Origin: Longimicrobiales bacterium
Lineage (GTDB): Bacteria; Gemmatimonadota; Gemmatimonadetes; Longimicrobiales; Gaopeijiaceae
Direction: 5' to 3'
NCBI GenBank assembly: GCA_965202805.1
Contig: OZ241869.1
Coordinates: 1,792,001 to 1,856,000, forward strand
Length of the DNA stretch: 64,000 nt
The position numbers and the translations under genes were made by a program. Positions 47,937 through 56,392 of this stretch are shown one piece after another. Position 1 is the stretch's first letter, and the number at the start of each line of letters is the position of its first letter. The notes beneath the pieces are model-generated. The model saw nothing but the letters and a program-made list of their open reading frames with translations. It had not been told where the DNA came from and did no database searches.

Positions 47937-48416
47937 TCAGCCGCGGGACTTTGCGGTCTCGTCGGTGTCGGTTGTCCCGGATGATGTATCGTCATCGTGG
48001 GGCCGGACCATCATGACGCGTCCCGGCACGCCGAGGACGATTCCATACGCGGGCACATCGGCCATCACCAGGGTATTGGCTCCCACCGTCGCCATCCGAC
48101 CGATGCGCACACCCGGGAGTATCGTCGCCTTCACCCCGATATAGGCGTCATCTTCGATCACCACCGGCGCCGCCTTCTTGAGGTTGTACGCCTTCTCCAG
48201 CCTGGAGTGAACGGCGGTGACTTCGCCTAGTATCGAGACCGCGTTGCAGATGGTTACGCGGGCGCCGATCTCGATCATGTCGGGCCGAGTAACCTGAAGA
48301 TTGCGATCAATGGTGGTCTGCGGCCCGATTCGCATCCCCGAGAGCCGGTAAAGGGCGGCTCGGCGTCCCTGGGGGAAGGGAAGCAGCGCAGCCAGGTATC
48401 GAATGACTTTATTCAT
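47937..48416 (-). CDS. Hexapeptide-repeat O-acyltransferase
   Basis: VVIEDDAYIG..ATILPGVRIG..ATVGAN..V..DVP....GVPGR. Confidence 0.88.
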   Translation of the reverse strand: MNKVIRYLAALLPFPQGRRAALYRLSGMRIGPQTTIDRNLQVTRPDMIEIGARVTICNAVSILGEVTAVHSRLEKAYNLKKAAPVVIEDDAYIGVKATILPGVRIGRMATVGANTLVMADVPAYGIVLGVPGRVMMVRPHDDDTSSGTTDTDETAKSRG

Positions 48417-48828
48417 CGCTCTCCTGCCCCACCTTGACCGATGCCGAACCGGTCAGGGCCGCTACTCCGTCGTGTTCACGCCGCGCGACGAACTTGACGA
48501 GCATCGATTCGGTCGCAGGAGACACGTGGGCGACGACTGTCTCGAATACCACCGCCTCTCCCACGTATACCGGGGCCTTGAAATCGAACTGGTACGAGAG
48601 GCACAGGGCTCCCGGTCCCGGAAGCTGCGTACCGATGATCCGGCTGATCTCGGCCAGCAGCACACCCGCGTACGCAACGCGCCTGGGGAAACCGAACCGC
48701 TGGGCAGAGCGATCGTCTACATGAATCGGGTTCTGATCCCCGGATAGCTCGGCGAAGCCCCGCATGTTCTCCTCGCCCACGATGATGCGGGAGATGTAGC
48801 GGTCGTTGAGGCGGTAGGTCGCGGCCAT
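48409..48828 (-). CDS. MaoC-family (hot-dog) dehydratase
   Basis: FAELSGDQNPIHVD, IGTQLPGPG, FKAPVYVGE. Confidence 0.9.
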   Translation of the reverse strand: MAATYRLNDRYISRIIVGEENMRGFAELSGDQNPIHVDDRSAQRFGFPRRVAYAGVLLAEISRIIGTQLPGPGALCLSYQFDFKAPVYVGEAVVFETVVAHVSPATESMLVKFVARREHDGVAALTGSASVKVGQESDE

Positions 48829-49053
48829 GTCGTTAGGAGCCGAGGCTGCCGGAAGGGATGTGCTTCGGGGGGGACGGACATCGGAACGTGGCGCGAAAAC
48901 ATACCGGCTTGTTCGAAGGCGGACAACGGAACTCGCCTGACGAGCCACGGGTCGGAGACGGTTGTGTTCCGCGTCGCGGAAGCCCGGTTTCCGAACCCGC
49001 GCCAGAGGGGTTTGAGGGCGCCTTCCCCTCGGCTGCGCGTGACTGCTAGTTTC

Positions 49054-50994
49054 ATGTTCACCGCCCGCCCCTCTTCAGATCTGCGCGACCCCGTGACCGA
49101 CACTTCCTCCAGCCACATCCTGGCCGAGCGTCTCGCACGGGCGGCGGAGACGGAAGACTGGGCCACGTTTGTTTCTGCTGTCCGCGACGCCGGGCCGGGC
49201 CTGATCGCCGATCTGTCGCTCGCGACGATGGTTCAGCGGGTGACGGGTCGCCTCGACATCGAGGCGCTCCCGCAGGGGTTTCGCCCACTGCGGGTTGCCG
49301 TGCTTCGCAACGCGACGCTCGAGCCCGCGTTGCCCGCGGTCACGGTGGCGCTCGTTCAGCGCGGTTTCGTCCCGGAGTTTCGGCTGGGAGACTTCGACGT
49401 CTACGAGCCCTACGCGGAGGGGCTCGGCGAGCGGCGGCGGGAGCACCTGGCGGGGGCCGATGTCGCGTTCGTGTACTGGGATCCGGACCAGCTGGCGGGC
49501 GATGCCCTGTTCGCCCCGCCGGACGACTTCTTCGAGGTACTGCGCGCCCGTATCACGGCGATTCTGGAGGGGCTCGTCGAACGTGTGGACGGTTCCGTCA
49601 TCGTCGCCAACCTCGCACCCGCCATGCACGACGTGTTCGGAGCGCGCGGCGCGCGGGATCCGCACAGTTGGCCACAGGTCGCCCGCCGCCTGAACCTGGC
49701 GCTGGCCGACTTCGCCGCGGCAAGGGACTCGGTCGCCGTGCTCGACCTTGCCCACGCGGTCGCCCGTATTGGCGTGTCGGGCTACCGGGACGCGCGCACC
49801 TACTACCCGTCGAGGGTCGCGTTCAGCGCGGCCTTCGCGCCCCGGTTCGCGACGGCGTTTGCATCCACGGTGGCCGCCGCGTTGTCCCAGCCCCGCAAGT
49901 GCCTCGTGCTCGACTGCGACAACACCCTGTGGGGCGGCGTCCTTGGGGAGGATGGCCCCGAGGGCGTCCACATTGGGACGGAATACCCGGGAAGCCTGTA
50001 CCGCCTCTTTCAGCTTCATCTCAAGGCTCTCCACGGCCAGGGGTTCCTCCTGGCCCTCAACAGCAAGAACGACGAAGCCGAGGTTCTCGCCTTCCTTCGG
50101 TCCTCCCCCGACATGGTGCTCCGCGAGGAGCACATCGCCACCCATCGCATCAACTGGGGCGACAAGGCCGAGAACATCCGCGGCATCGCCGCCGACCTGA
50201 ACATCGGCATCGACTCGCTCATTTTCATCGACGACAGCGACGTTGAGTGCGAGCGGGTGCGTCAGGCTCTGCCCGAGGTGCAGGTTGAGCGGTTTCCGGG
50301 TGTGCCCCTCAAGATCCCCGGCTTCATCGACTCGCTCCGCGGAACCGAGATTCTGCGGGTAACGGAGGACGATCTGCGGCGCTCGGAGTCGCTGCGCGCC
50401 GACATCCACCGCCGCGCGCTGCGCGAGCGGGTGGGCGGCTACCGGGAGTTCCTGGAGAGCCTGGGCATCGAGCTTGCCATCCGGTGTGGTGCGTCGGCTC
50501 ATGTCGAACGGATCAGTCAACTGACGCAGCGGACCAACCAGTTCAACCTCACCACCCGCCGTTATTCGGTGGCCCAGCTACGCGCCATGCTGGAGCGCGA
50601 CCGGGTGTACACCATGGCGATGCGCGACCGGTTTTCCGATTACGGGACCGTCGGGGTCGCCATCGTCAGGGACACGGAACGCCCCGGGGAGGCCGAGATC
50701 GACTCGCTGTTGATGAGTTGCCGTGCCTTTGGTCGCCGCATCGAGGAGACCTTCCTCGGGGTGGTGCTCGACGATCTCGCGGCGGGCGGTGTCCAGCGCG
50801 TGACCGCGGCCTACCGGCCCACCGAGCGAAACGCCATGGTGCGGGACTTCTTCCCGCTTCTCGGGTTCGAGCCCTGTCCCTGTCCGGCGGGCGAGTCCGG
50901 GGACGCCGGGATGTACTATCTTCTGCGGCTGCCACGCGATCCTGCGGCATTCGACGAGCTTCCACACGCGATGACCTTCAGCACGCGATCCTGA
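49054..50994 (+). CDS. FkbH-like HAD-IIIC glyceryl transferase/phosphatase
   Basis: KCLVLDCDNTLWGG, SKND, INW.DK, FIDDS..E, QLTQRTNQFNLTTRRY, DRFSDYG, LMSCRAFGR. Confidence 0.93.
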   Translation: MFTARPSSDLRDPVTDTSSSHILAERLARAAETEDWATFVSAVRDAGPGLIADLSLATMVQRVTGRLDIEALPQGFRPLRVAVLRNATLEPALPAVTVALVQRGFVPEFRLGDFDVYEPYAEGLGERRREHLAGADVAFVYWDPDQLAGDALFAPPDDFFEVLRARITAILEGLVERVDGSVIVANLAPAMHDVFGARGARDPHSWPQVARRLNLALADFAAARDSVAVLDLAHAVARIGVSGYRDARTYYPSRVAFSAAFAPRFATAFASTVAAALSQPRKCLVLDCDNTLWGGVLGEDGPEGVHIGTEYPGSLYRLFQLHLKALHGQGFLLALNSKNDEAEVLAFLRSSPDMVLREEHIATHRINWGDKAENIRGIAADLNIGIDSLIFIDDSDVECERVRQALPEVQVERFPGVPLKIPGFIDSLRGTEILRVTEDDLRRSESLRADIHRRALRERVGGYREFLESLGIELAIRCGASAHVERISQLTQRTNQFNLTTRRYSVAQLRAMLERDRVYTMAMRDRFSDYGTVGVAIVRDTERPGEAEIDSLLMSCRAFGRRIEETFLGVVLDDLAAGGVQRVTAAYRPTERNAMVRDFFPLLGFEPCPCPAGESGDAGMYYLLRLPRDPAAFDELPHAMTFSTRS

Positions 50995-51007
50995 GGAGAG
51001 GAGCCCG

Positions 51008-51250
51008 ATGACGGTACACGATCGATTGGCGCGCATCTTCCAGCTTCAATTCGGCGTACTGGTGCCGCCCGACGGGGACATGGGCGCGGAGACCGATGGC
51101 GCCTGGGATTCGCTCGCGCACATCAATCTGATTCTTGCGGTCGAGCAGGAATTCGCAGTGGTGCTGTCCCCGGAAGAGGCGGGTAGAGCCTCGTCCTTCC
51201 GGGCGATGAGGGCGCTCATCGAGTCCAGAACGCAAGGACGGCCGGCGTGA
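51008..51250 (+). CDS. Acyl carrier protein
   Basis: WDSLAHINLILAVEQEF phosphopantetheine site. Confidence 0.9.
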   Translation: MTVHDRLARIFQLQFGVLVPPDGDMGAETDGAWDSLAHINLILAVEQEFAVVLSPEEAGRASSFRAMRALIESRTQGRPA

Positions 51251-52098
51251 ATACCCTCGCATTCCGCTTCGACGTGGACTCCGTGCGCTGCTGCAGGGTG
51301 GGCATTCCACGTCTGATGGACGCGGCGGACCGGCTGGGCGTACGCTTCACCTTCTTCTTGAACCTGGGCTCAACCTTCAACTGGAGGCATACGCTCAGGC
51401 ACGTGGCGCGCAAACAACTGCGCAGGGTCGCGCCGACTGCGCCCGGCCCGGCTTCGATGCCGACCCTGGCCAAGCTCGGGGCGGTGGGCGTGCTTGAGAC
51501 CATGCTGCTGAATCCCTGGCTGGGAAATCGATTCCGGACCGTCTTCGGACGGCTCTTCGATGCCGGCCACGAACTCGGGCTGCATGGCGGCACCGACCAC
51601 GCGCTCTGGCAGCGCGCCCTGGACGAACTCTCCGACCGACAGCTCGATGCACTGCTGAGGCCCGCGTACGAGAGTTTTCAGAGGGACTACGGCAAGCCGC
51701 ATGGCCTGGCCAGTCCCGGTTTCCGCTACGACGACCGTGTTCTGAGCCTGACCGACAGCTACGGCTTCACCTATGGCTCCGACATGCCCGGGGAAAAGCC
51801 CTTCCGACCCAGCGTAGGGGGCCGTGAGCTGGTCCACTATCAGGTTCCCGTGAATGTGGTCGGCGACGGCACGGTGCCGCTGGTCGAACAAATGCTGGCG
51901 CTGGGGCGAGCCGATGGAGAGATCGTCCGGTCGGCGGCGGATGCCATCCGCAAGCGCGACTTCGCGCTCATGTACGGCCATCCCTTCGTCGAAGGAGTGC
52001 GGGCGGACCTGATCGAGCGCATCGTGGGCGAAGTAAGGGACACGCATGATGTGGTCACGGTTCAGGAGTACCTCGCAAGATGGCGGCGGCGTGCGTGA
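51247..52098 (+). CDS. Polysaccharide deacetylase / ArnD-like deformylase
   Basis: FRFDVD, TFFLNLG, GHELGLHG..H, SPG, YGSD, YGHP. Confidence 0.8.
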   Translation: MNTLAFRFDVDSVRCCRVGIPRLMDAADRLGVRFTFFLNLGSTFNWRHTLRHVARKQLRRVAPTAPGPASMPTLAKLGAVGVLETMLLNPWLGNRFRTVFGRLFDAGHELGLHGGTDHALWQRALDELSDRQLDALLRPAYESFQRDYGKPHGLASPGFRYDDRVLSLTDSYGFTYGSDMPGEKPFRPSVGGRELVHYQVPVNVVGDGTVPLVEQMLALGRADGEIVRSAADAIRKRDFALMYGHPFVEGVRADLIERIVGEVRDTHDVVTVQEYLARWRRRA

Positions 52099-52111
52099 AA
52101 GGAGCCGGGCG

Positions 52112-52184
52112 GACAGTGAAGTCGTCACTACTCACCAGTAAACACCAGTAGACACCATGTCAGCACCTGCGAACGAGAAACCGG
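52112..52184 (+). repeat. Direct repeat copy 2 (contains amidohydrolase ATG 52157)
   Basis: First 46 nt match copy 1 with one mismatch; retains the 'tgtca' missing from copy 1. Confidence 0.9.
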
Positions 52185-53803
52185 CCCCGACATCGCGCGA
52201 CTGCCCCGGCGACAACTCCCGCCCCGGCGACAACTCCCGGCCCGGCAACAACTCCAGCCCCGGCGACATCACCCGCCGTGAGTGGCTGGCCGGAGCCGGA
52301 GCGGGCACCGCCGCCTTCCTGCTCGAGCGCGATCCGCTTGGGGCCGTGGCGCCGTCAGCCGTGGCGCCGTCAGCCGGGAGGTCGCGGGGGCAGCAGGCGA
52401 GGACGGTGGTCTTCACGAACACCACGGTCGCGAACCCGGACGCCGTGCAGGACGACGTGGCGCTGGCGGTCGAGGGCAGCCGCATCGCGGCGATCGGGCC
52501 CACCGACGAGGTGCTTGCGGCATACCCCGGCGCCGAGCGGGTCGAGGGGCGCGGCAAGGCGCTCTTCCCCGGCCTCATCAACTGTCATGCGCACATGCGG
52601 GCGGTCGTCGCGCGCGGATTCAACGAGGACTTCGGCTTTCCCAACACGGCCAACCTGGCCGTCTCGCCCGCGAGCCTCCTCCAGGGCGAGGAAGGCAACC
52701 TCATGGTGCAGGTGGCCGCGCTCGAGGCCATCACCACCGGGACCACCACCATAGTCGAGTTCACCGGGAACGTGCAGCGCCAGGCCGGGGTGCTGGCCGA
52801 CTCCGGCCTCCGTTGCGTCCTCGCCGAGGGGATCCGCGACACCGAGAACGTGCCGGGTCCGGTGTCCACCCGTTCGATGGCCCGGTCGTTCAGCGGGACG
52901 CCCCGCTTCTCCGAAGCGCTCCTCGACGATGGCATGCAGCGCATCAGCGACCTCTTCAGCACCTGGCACGGCGCCGGGGACGGGCGCGTCACGGTCTTCC
53001 CGGCGGCATCGCTCACCGAAACCTCGTCGCCCGAGCTGCTGCGCGCGGTGCGCGACTTCGCCGAGACCCACGACCTCGGCTACACCATCCATCTGAACCA
53101 GAGCCGCGCCGAGTACGAGTTCATGGTCATGCACCATGGCCTGCGCCCGGCGGAGTATCTGGACCGGCACGACTTCCTCGGCCCCCGGCTGTTCGCGGCG
53201 CACGCCCGCTACGTGAACGATGCGGAGGTGGCGCTGCTGGGAAGGTCGGGCACCATCATCTCGCACCAGGCGGGGATGGCGGCGAACCGCGGCATCAGCC
53301 CCCCGATTCCGGCGCTGCGGACGGCCGGCTGCCCCATCGCGCTCGGGACCGACAACAACACCAACGACGTCTTCGAGGTGATGCGCATCGCCCTGCTGAC
53401 CGAGCGCATCCGGCGCAATCGCGACGGCGACGAGGTGCCCGGCCTCGCGCCTCAGCCCGAGGACATCCTGGCCGACTGCACGCAGGGAGGAGCGCTGGCG
53501 GTGCAGCAGCCGGACGACCTCGGAACGCTGGAAGTCGGGAAGAAGGCCGACCTCCTCGTGGTGGACACGCTGCGGCCGCACCTCGTGCCCGCCGGGCGCG
53601 TCATTTCCGCGCTGGTGCACAGCGGCCACCCGGGCGACATCGAGTCGGTCATGGTCGATGGCCGCTTCGTCATGCGCGACCGCGAGGTCCTGACCATGGA
53701 CGAGGAAGCCATCCTGCGCGAAGCCGACGCGGTCGGCCGGAGGATCTGGAGCCGGGTGCTGGAGGCGAGCCCGCTCAACGTGCCCCGGCTGCCGCGCGGC
53801 TGA
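52157..53803 (+). CDS. Tat-exported amidohydrolase (SsnA/MTA-SAH deaminase-like)
   Basis: TRREWL Tat motif, PGLINCHAH, IHL, AAH, LGTDN, LEVGKKADL. Confidence 0.88.
   Translation: MSAPANEKPAPTSRDCPGDNSRPGDNSRPGNNSSPGDITRREWLAGAGAGTAAFLLERDPLGAVAPSAVAPSAGRSRGQQARTVVFTNTTVANPDAVQDDVALAVEGSRIAAIGPTDEVLAAYPGAERVEGRGKALFPGLINCHAHMRAVVARGFNEDFGFPNTANLAVSPASLLQGEEGNLMVQVAALEAITTGTTTIVEFTGNVQRQAGVLADSGLRCVLAEGIRDTENVPGPVSTRSMARSFSGTPRFSEALLDDGMQRISDLFSTWHGAGDGRVTVFPAASLTETSSPELLRAVRDFAETHDLGYTIHLNQSRAEYEFMVMHHGLRPAEYLDRHDFLGPRLFAAHARYVNDAEVALLGRSGTIISHQAGMAANRGISPPIPALRTAGCPIALGTDNNTNDVFEVMRIALLTERIRRNRDGDEVPGLAPQPEDILADCTQGGALAVQQPDDLGTLEVGKKADLLVVDTLRPHLVPAGRVISALVHSGHPGDIESVMVDGRFVMRDREVLTMDEEAILREADAVGRRIWSRVLEASPLNVPRLPRG
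52204..52275 (+). repeat. 18-bp tandem repeat x4 (PGDNSR) before the Tat motif
   Basis: ccccggcgacaactcccg x2 plus two variants; also a 15-bp duplication at 52343-52372 (AVAPS x2). Confidence 0.85.
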
Positions 53804-53920
53804 GAGTGGGGCCGCGCGCGGGCTGAGAACGACAGCCGCGCGGGGGCTGAACGCGACGGGTCTCAGCAGGATGTAGCGCCGGCGCCGTTTCGCGGACCCG
53901 CCCTCAGCCGCGGTGGCCCC

Positions 53921-54820
53921 TCAGCCCCTCAGGTGCTCGTTGAAGAAGGCGATGGTGCGCTCCTGGGCGAGGCCGGCGGCTTCCTGGTCGTAGCGGGGGG
54001 TGGTGTCGTTGTGGAAGCCGTGGTTGGCGCCCTCGTAGACGTGGACCGCGAACTCCTTCCCGTTCGCCTCGAGCGCCTCCTGGTAGGCCGGGTAGGCGGC
54101 GTTGATGCGCTCGTCCAGGCCCGCGAGCTGGATCATGAGGGGCGCCTGTATCGAGGGCACGTCCTCCAAGGCCGGCGCCGATCCGTAGAAGGGCACGCCC
54201 GCGCCCAGATCCGGTAGTCGGACCGCGAGCTGGTTCACCACTCCGCCGCCGTAGCAGAAGCCGACGGCCCCGACTCGCCCGGTGGTCGCCTCGTGGTCCC
54301 GCAGGAACCGGAACGCGGCCACCCAGTCCTCCATCATCACGTCCCTGTCGAGCTGCCGCTGCATCTCCCGGCCCTCGTCGTCGTTGCCGGGATACCCGCC
54401 CAGGGGAGTGAGCGCGTCCGGCCCCAGCGCCACGAAACCGGCCGCGGCGAACCTGCGCACCACGTCTTCGATGTAGGGGTTGAGGCCGCGATTCTCGTGG
54501 ATGACGAGGACCGCGGGCGCGGGCTCCGTCGCCCCGGCGGGCAGGGCCAGATAGCCGCGCATGGTCCCCGAGCCGTCCGGTGACGGATAGGTGACGTACT
54601 CCTGCCGGATGCGGGCGTCGTCGGTCTCCACCTGCCGCGCCCACGCATAGTTGGGACGAAGCGCCTCGAGCACCGCCACGGCAGCCGCACCGCCGCCCAG
54701 CACCTTCCCCGCACCCTCCAGGAAGTCCCGGCGCCGAATGAACCCGTGGACATAGCCGTCGAAGAGGGCCAGCACCTCCTGGGGGAAATCGCTCGCCTGC
54801 TTTCGTGTGCTCATGATCAA
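53921..54820 (-). CDS. Dienelactone hydrolase family protein (YghX-like)
   Basis: FDGYVHG..RRDFL, VIHENRGLNPYIEDV, GFCYGGG, HGFHNDTTPRYD. Confidence 0.93.
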   Translation of the reverse strand: MIMSTRKQASDFPQEVLALFDGYVHGFIRRRDFLEGAGKVLGGGAAAVAVLEALRPNYAWARQVETDDARIRQEYVTYPSPDGSGTMRGYLALPAGATEPAPAVLVIHENRGLNPYIEDVVRRFAAAGFVALGPDALTPLGGYPGNDDEGREMQRQLDRDVMMEDWVAAFRFLRDHEATTGRVGAVGFCYGGGVVNQLAVRLPDLGAGVPFYGSAPALEDVPSIQAPLMIQLAGLDERINAAYPAYQEALEANGKEFAVHVYEGANHGFHNDTTPRYDQEAAGLAQERTIAFFNEHLRG

Positions 54821-55129
54821 TCTCCGAAGGTCGTAGTGGTGTCGTGGCCGAGGTCGTCGGCCAACAGGAACCTGCCTGACTGCGAGTCAGGATAGTGCTC
54901 GGGGCACAGCGAGAACAAGAAGGCGGTTCGGTGGCTCACAGAGCGTTCACGCGGGTGCGGACGTGTCCCCCATGACAGTCGCCGGTGCGCGATGGCACGC
55001 CTCCTGCTTAGCGTGCCGAGGCGTCAGACGTCCAGGTTGCCGCCGACAGTAGCGCGGGATGCCCCTGCGCGACTCGGCCGCGCGCGCGCCGGACAGGGCC
55101 TGCGGGTCGAACGCCACGACGATTTTTCG

Positions 55130-55153
55130 GGACATGATAACGGACAGGATAGC
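55130..55153 (+). promoter_or_regulatory. Tandem 12-bp arm-type integrase site candidate
   Basis: GGACATGATAAC/GGACAGGATAGC just before the integrase ATG; ATAAC-N7-ATAGC recurs at 56330-56346. Confidence 0.5.
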
Positions 55154-55155
55154 AT

Positions 55156-56307
55156 ATGGAACGACCGAGGAAACTAACCGCGGGTTTCGTCAAGGCAGTC
55201 CGGCGGCCCGGCCGATACGGGGACGGACGCGGAGGCTTCGGGCTGTCGCTGCTGGTCAAGCCCACGTCGACCGGACGGATCAGCAAGACGTGGGCGCAGC
55301 GCCTCTACATCAACGGCAGGCCCGTGAACCTGGGGCTGGGGGCGTATCCGCTGGTGACGTTGAAGGAGGCGAGAGTCAAGGCGCTCGAGAACCGGCGCAC
55401 GCTGGAGCGGGGGATGGACCCCAGGAGCGACGGCACACCGACGTTCGCGCGAGCCGCCGAGAAGGTGATCGCGATCCACAGGGCGAACTGGAAGCCGGGC
55501 AGCGACACCGAGCAGCAGTGGAGGCAGAGCCTGCGCGAGTACGTCTACCCGAAGATCGGGGACAAGACGGTGGACGAGATCACGACGACGGACGTGATGG
55601 CCATCCTGCTGCCGATCTGGAACGAGAAGCGGGTGACGGCGACGCGGGTGCGCAACAGGATTTCGGCGGTGATGAGGTGGGCCGTCGCGCAGGAGTACAG
55701 GGAGGGGAATCCGGCCGGCGACACCATCGCGGCCGCACTGCCCAGGAACGAGGTTCGAACGGTCCACCATCGCGCGCTGCCTCACACCCAGGTTGCGCGG
55801 GCGCTGGCGAGAGTGCGTGCGAGCACGTCGCAGCCCATGACCAAGCTGGCATTCGAGTTTCTCGTTCTGACCGCGTCCAGATCGGGCGAGGCCCGGAGTG
55901 CGAGATGGGCCGACATCGACGCCGGGGCCGCCACATGGACCGTGCCCGCCAAACACATGAAGACGGGACGCGAGCACCGGGTGCCGCTGTCCTCACGCGC
56001 GCTCGAAGTGCTCGCCCAGGCGCGCCATCGATGCAGGGGATCCGAGCTGGCGTTCCCCTCCCCGGCCGGCCGCAAGCTGACCGGCAACACGTTCTCCCTG
56101 CTCTGCCGGCGCCTTGAAATCGCCGCCGTTCCGCACGGCTTCCGTTCCTCGTTCCGCGACTGGTGCGCCGAGCGCGGCGTACCCCGCGAGGTCGCCGAAT
56201 CCGCGCTCGCGCACGCGGTCAAGGGCGTCGAGGGCGCTTACCTGCGATCCGATCTCTTCGAGCAACGGCGGGAGATCATGGAAGCATGGGCCGACTACGT
56301 GCGGTAA
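55156..56307 (+). CDS. P4-like tyrosine recombinase/integrase with arm-binding domain
   Basis: GRYGDG..GLSLLVK, LGLGAYPLVTLKEAR; catalytic R(SGE), MK, HGFR, LAH, AY.R all intact. Confidence 0.95.
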   Translation: MERPRKLTAGFVKAVRRPGRYGDGRGGFGLSLLVKPTSTGRISKTWAQRLYINGRPVNLGLGAYPLVTLKEARVKALENRRTLERGMDPRSDGTPTFARAAEKVIAIHRANWKPGSDTEQQWRQSLREYVYPKIGDKTVDEITTTDVMAILLPIWNEKRVTATRVRNRISAVMRWAVAQEYREGNPAGDTIAAALPRNEVRTVHHRALPHTQVARALARVRASTSQPMTKLAFEFLVLTASRSGEARSARWADIDAGAATWTVPAKHMKTGREHRVPLSSRALEVLAQARHRCRGSELAFPSPAGRKLTGNTFSLLCRRLEIAAVPHGFRSSFRDWCAERGVPREVAESALAHAVKGVEGAYLRSDLFEQRREIMEAWADYVR

Positions 56308-56392
56308 CCGCGGGAGATGCATCGCGCGCATAACCCTGATAATAGCGGCATGGTCGTGTAGTCGTATCACATTGTCATGATGTGAGTTAAGG

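Noticed and set aside
46791..52275. CRISPR array or integron attC array
   Set aside because: Only two long repeat copies 5.3 kb apart; short tandem repeats have no spacers; no cas or intI gene
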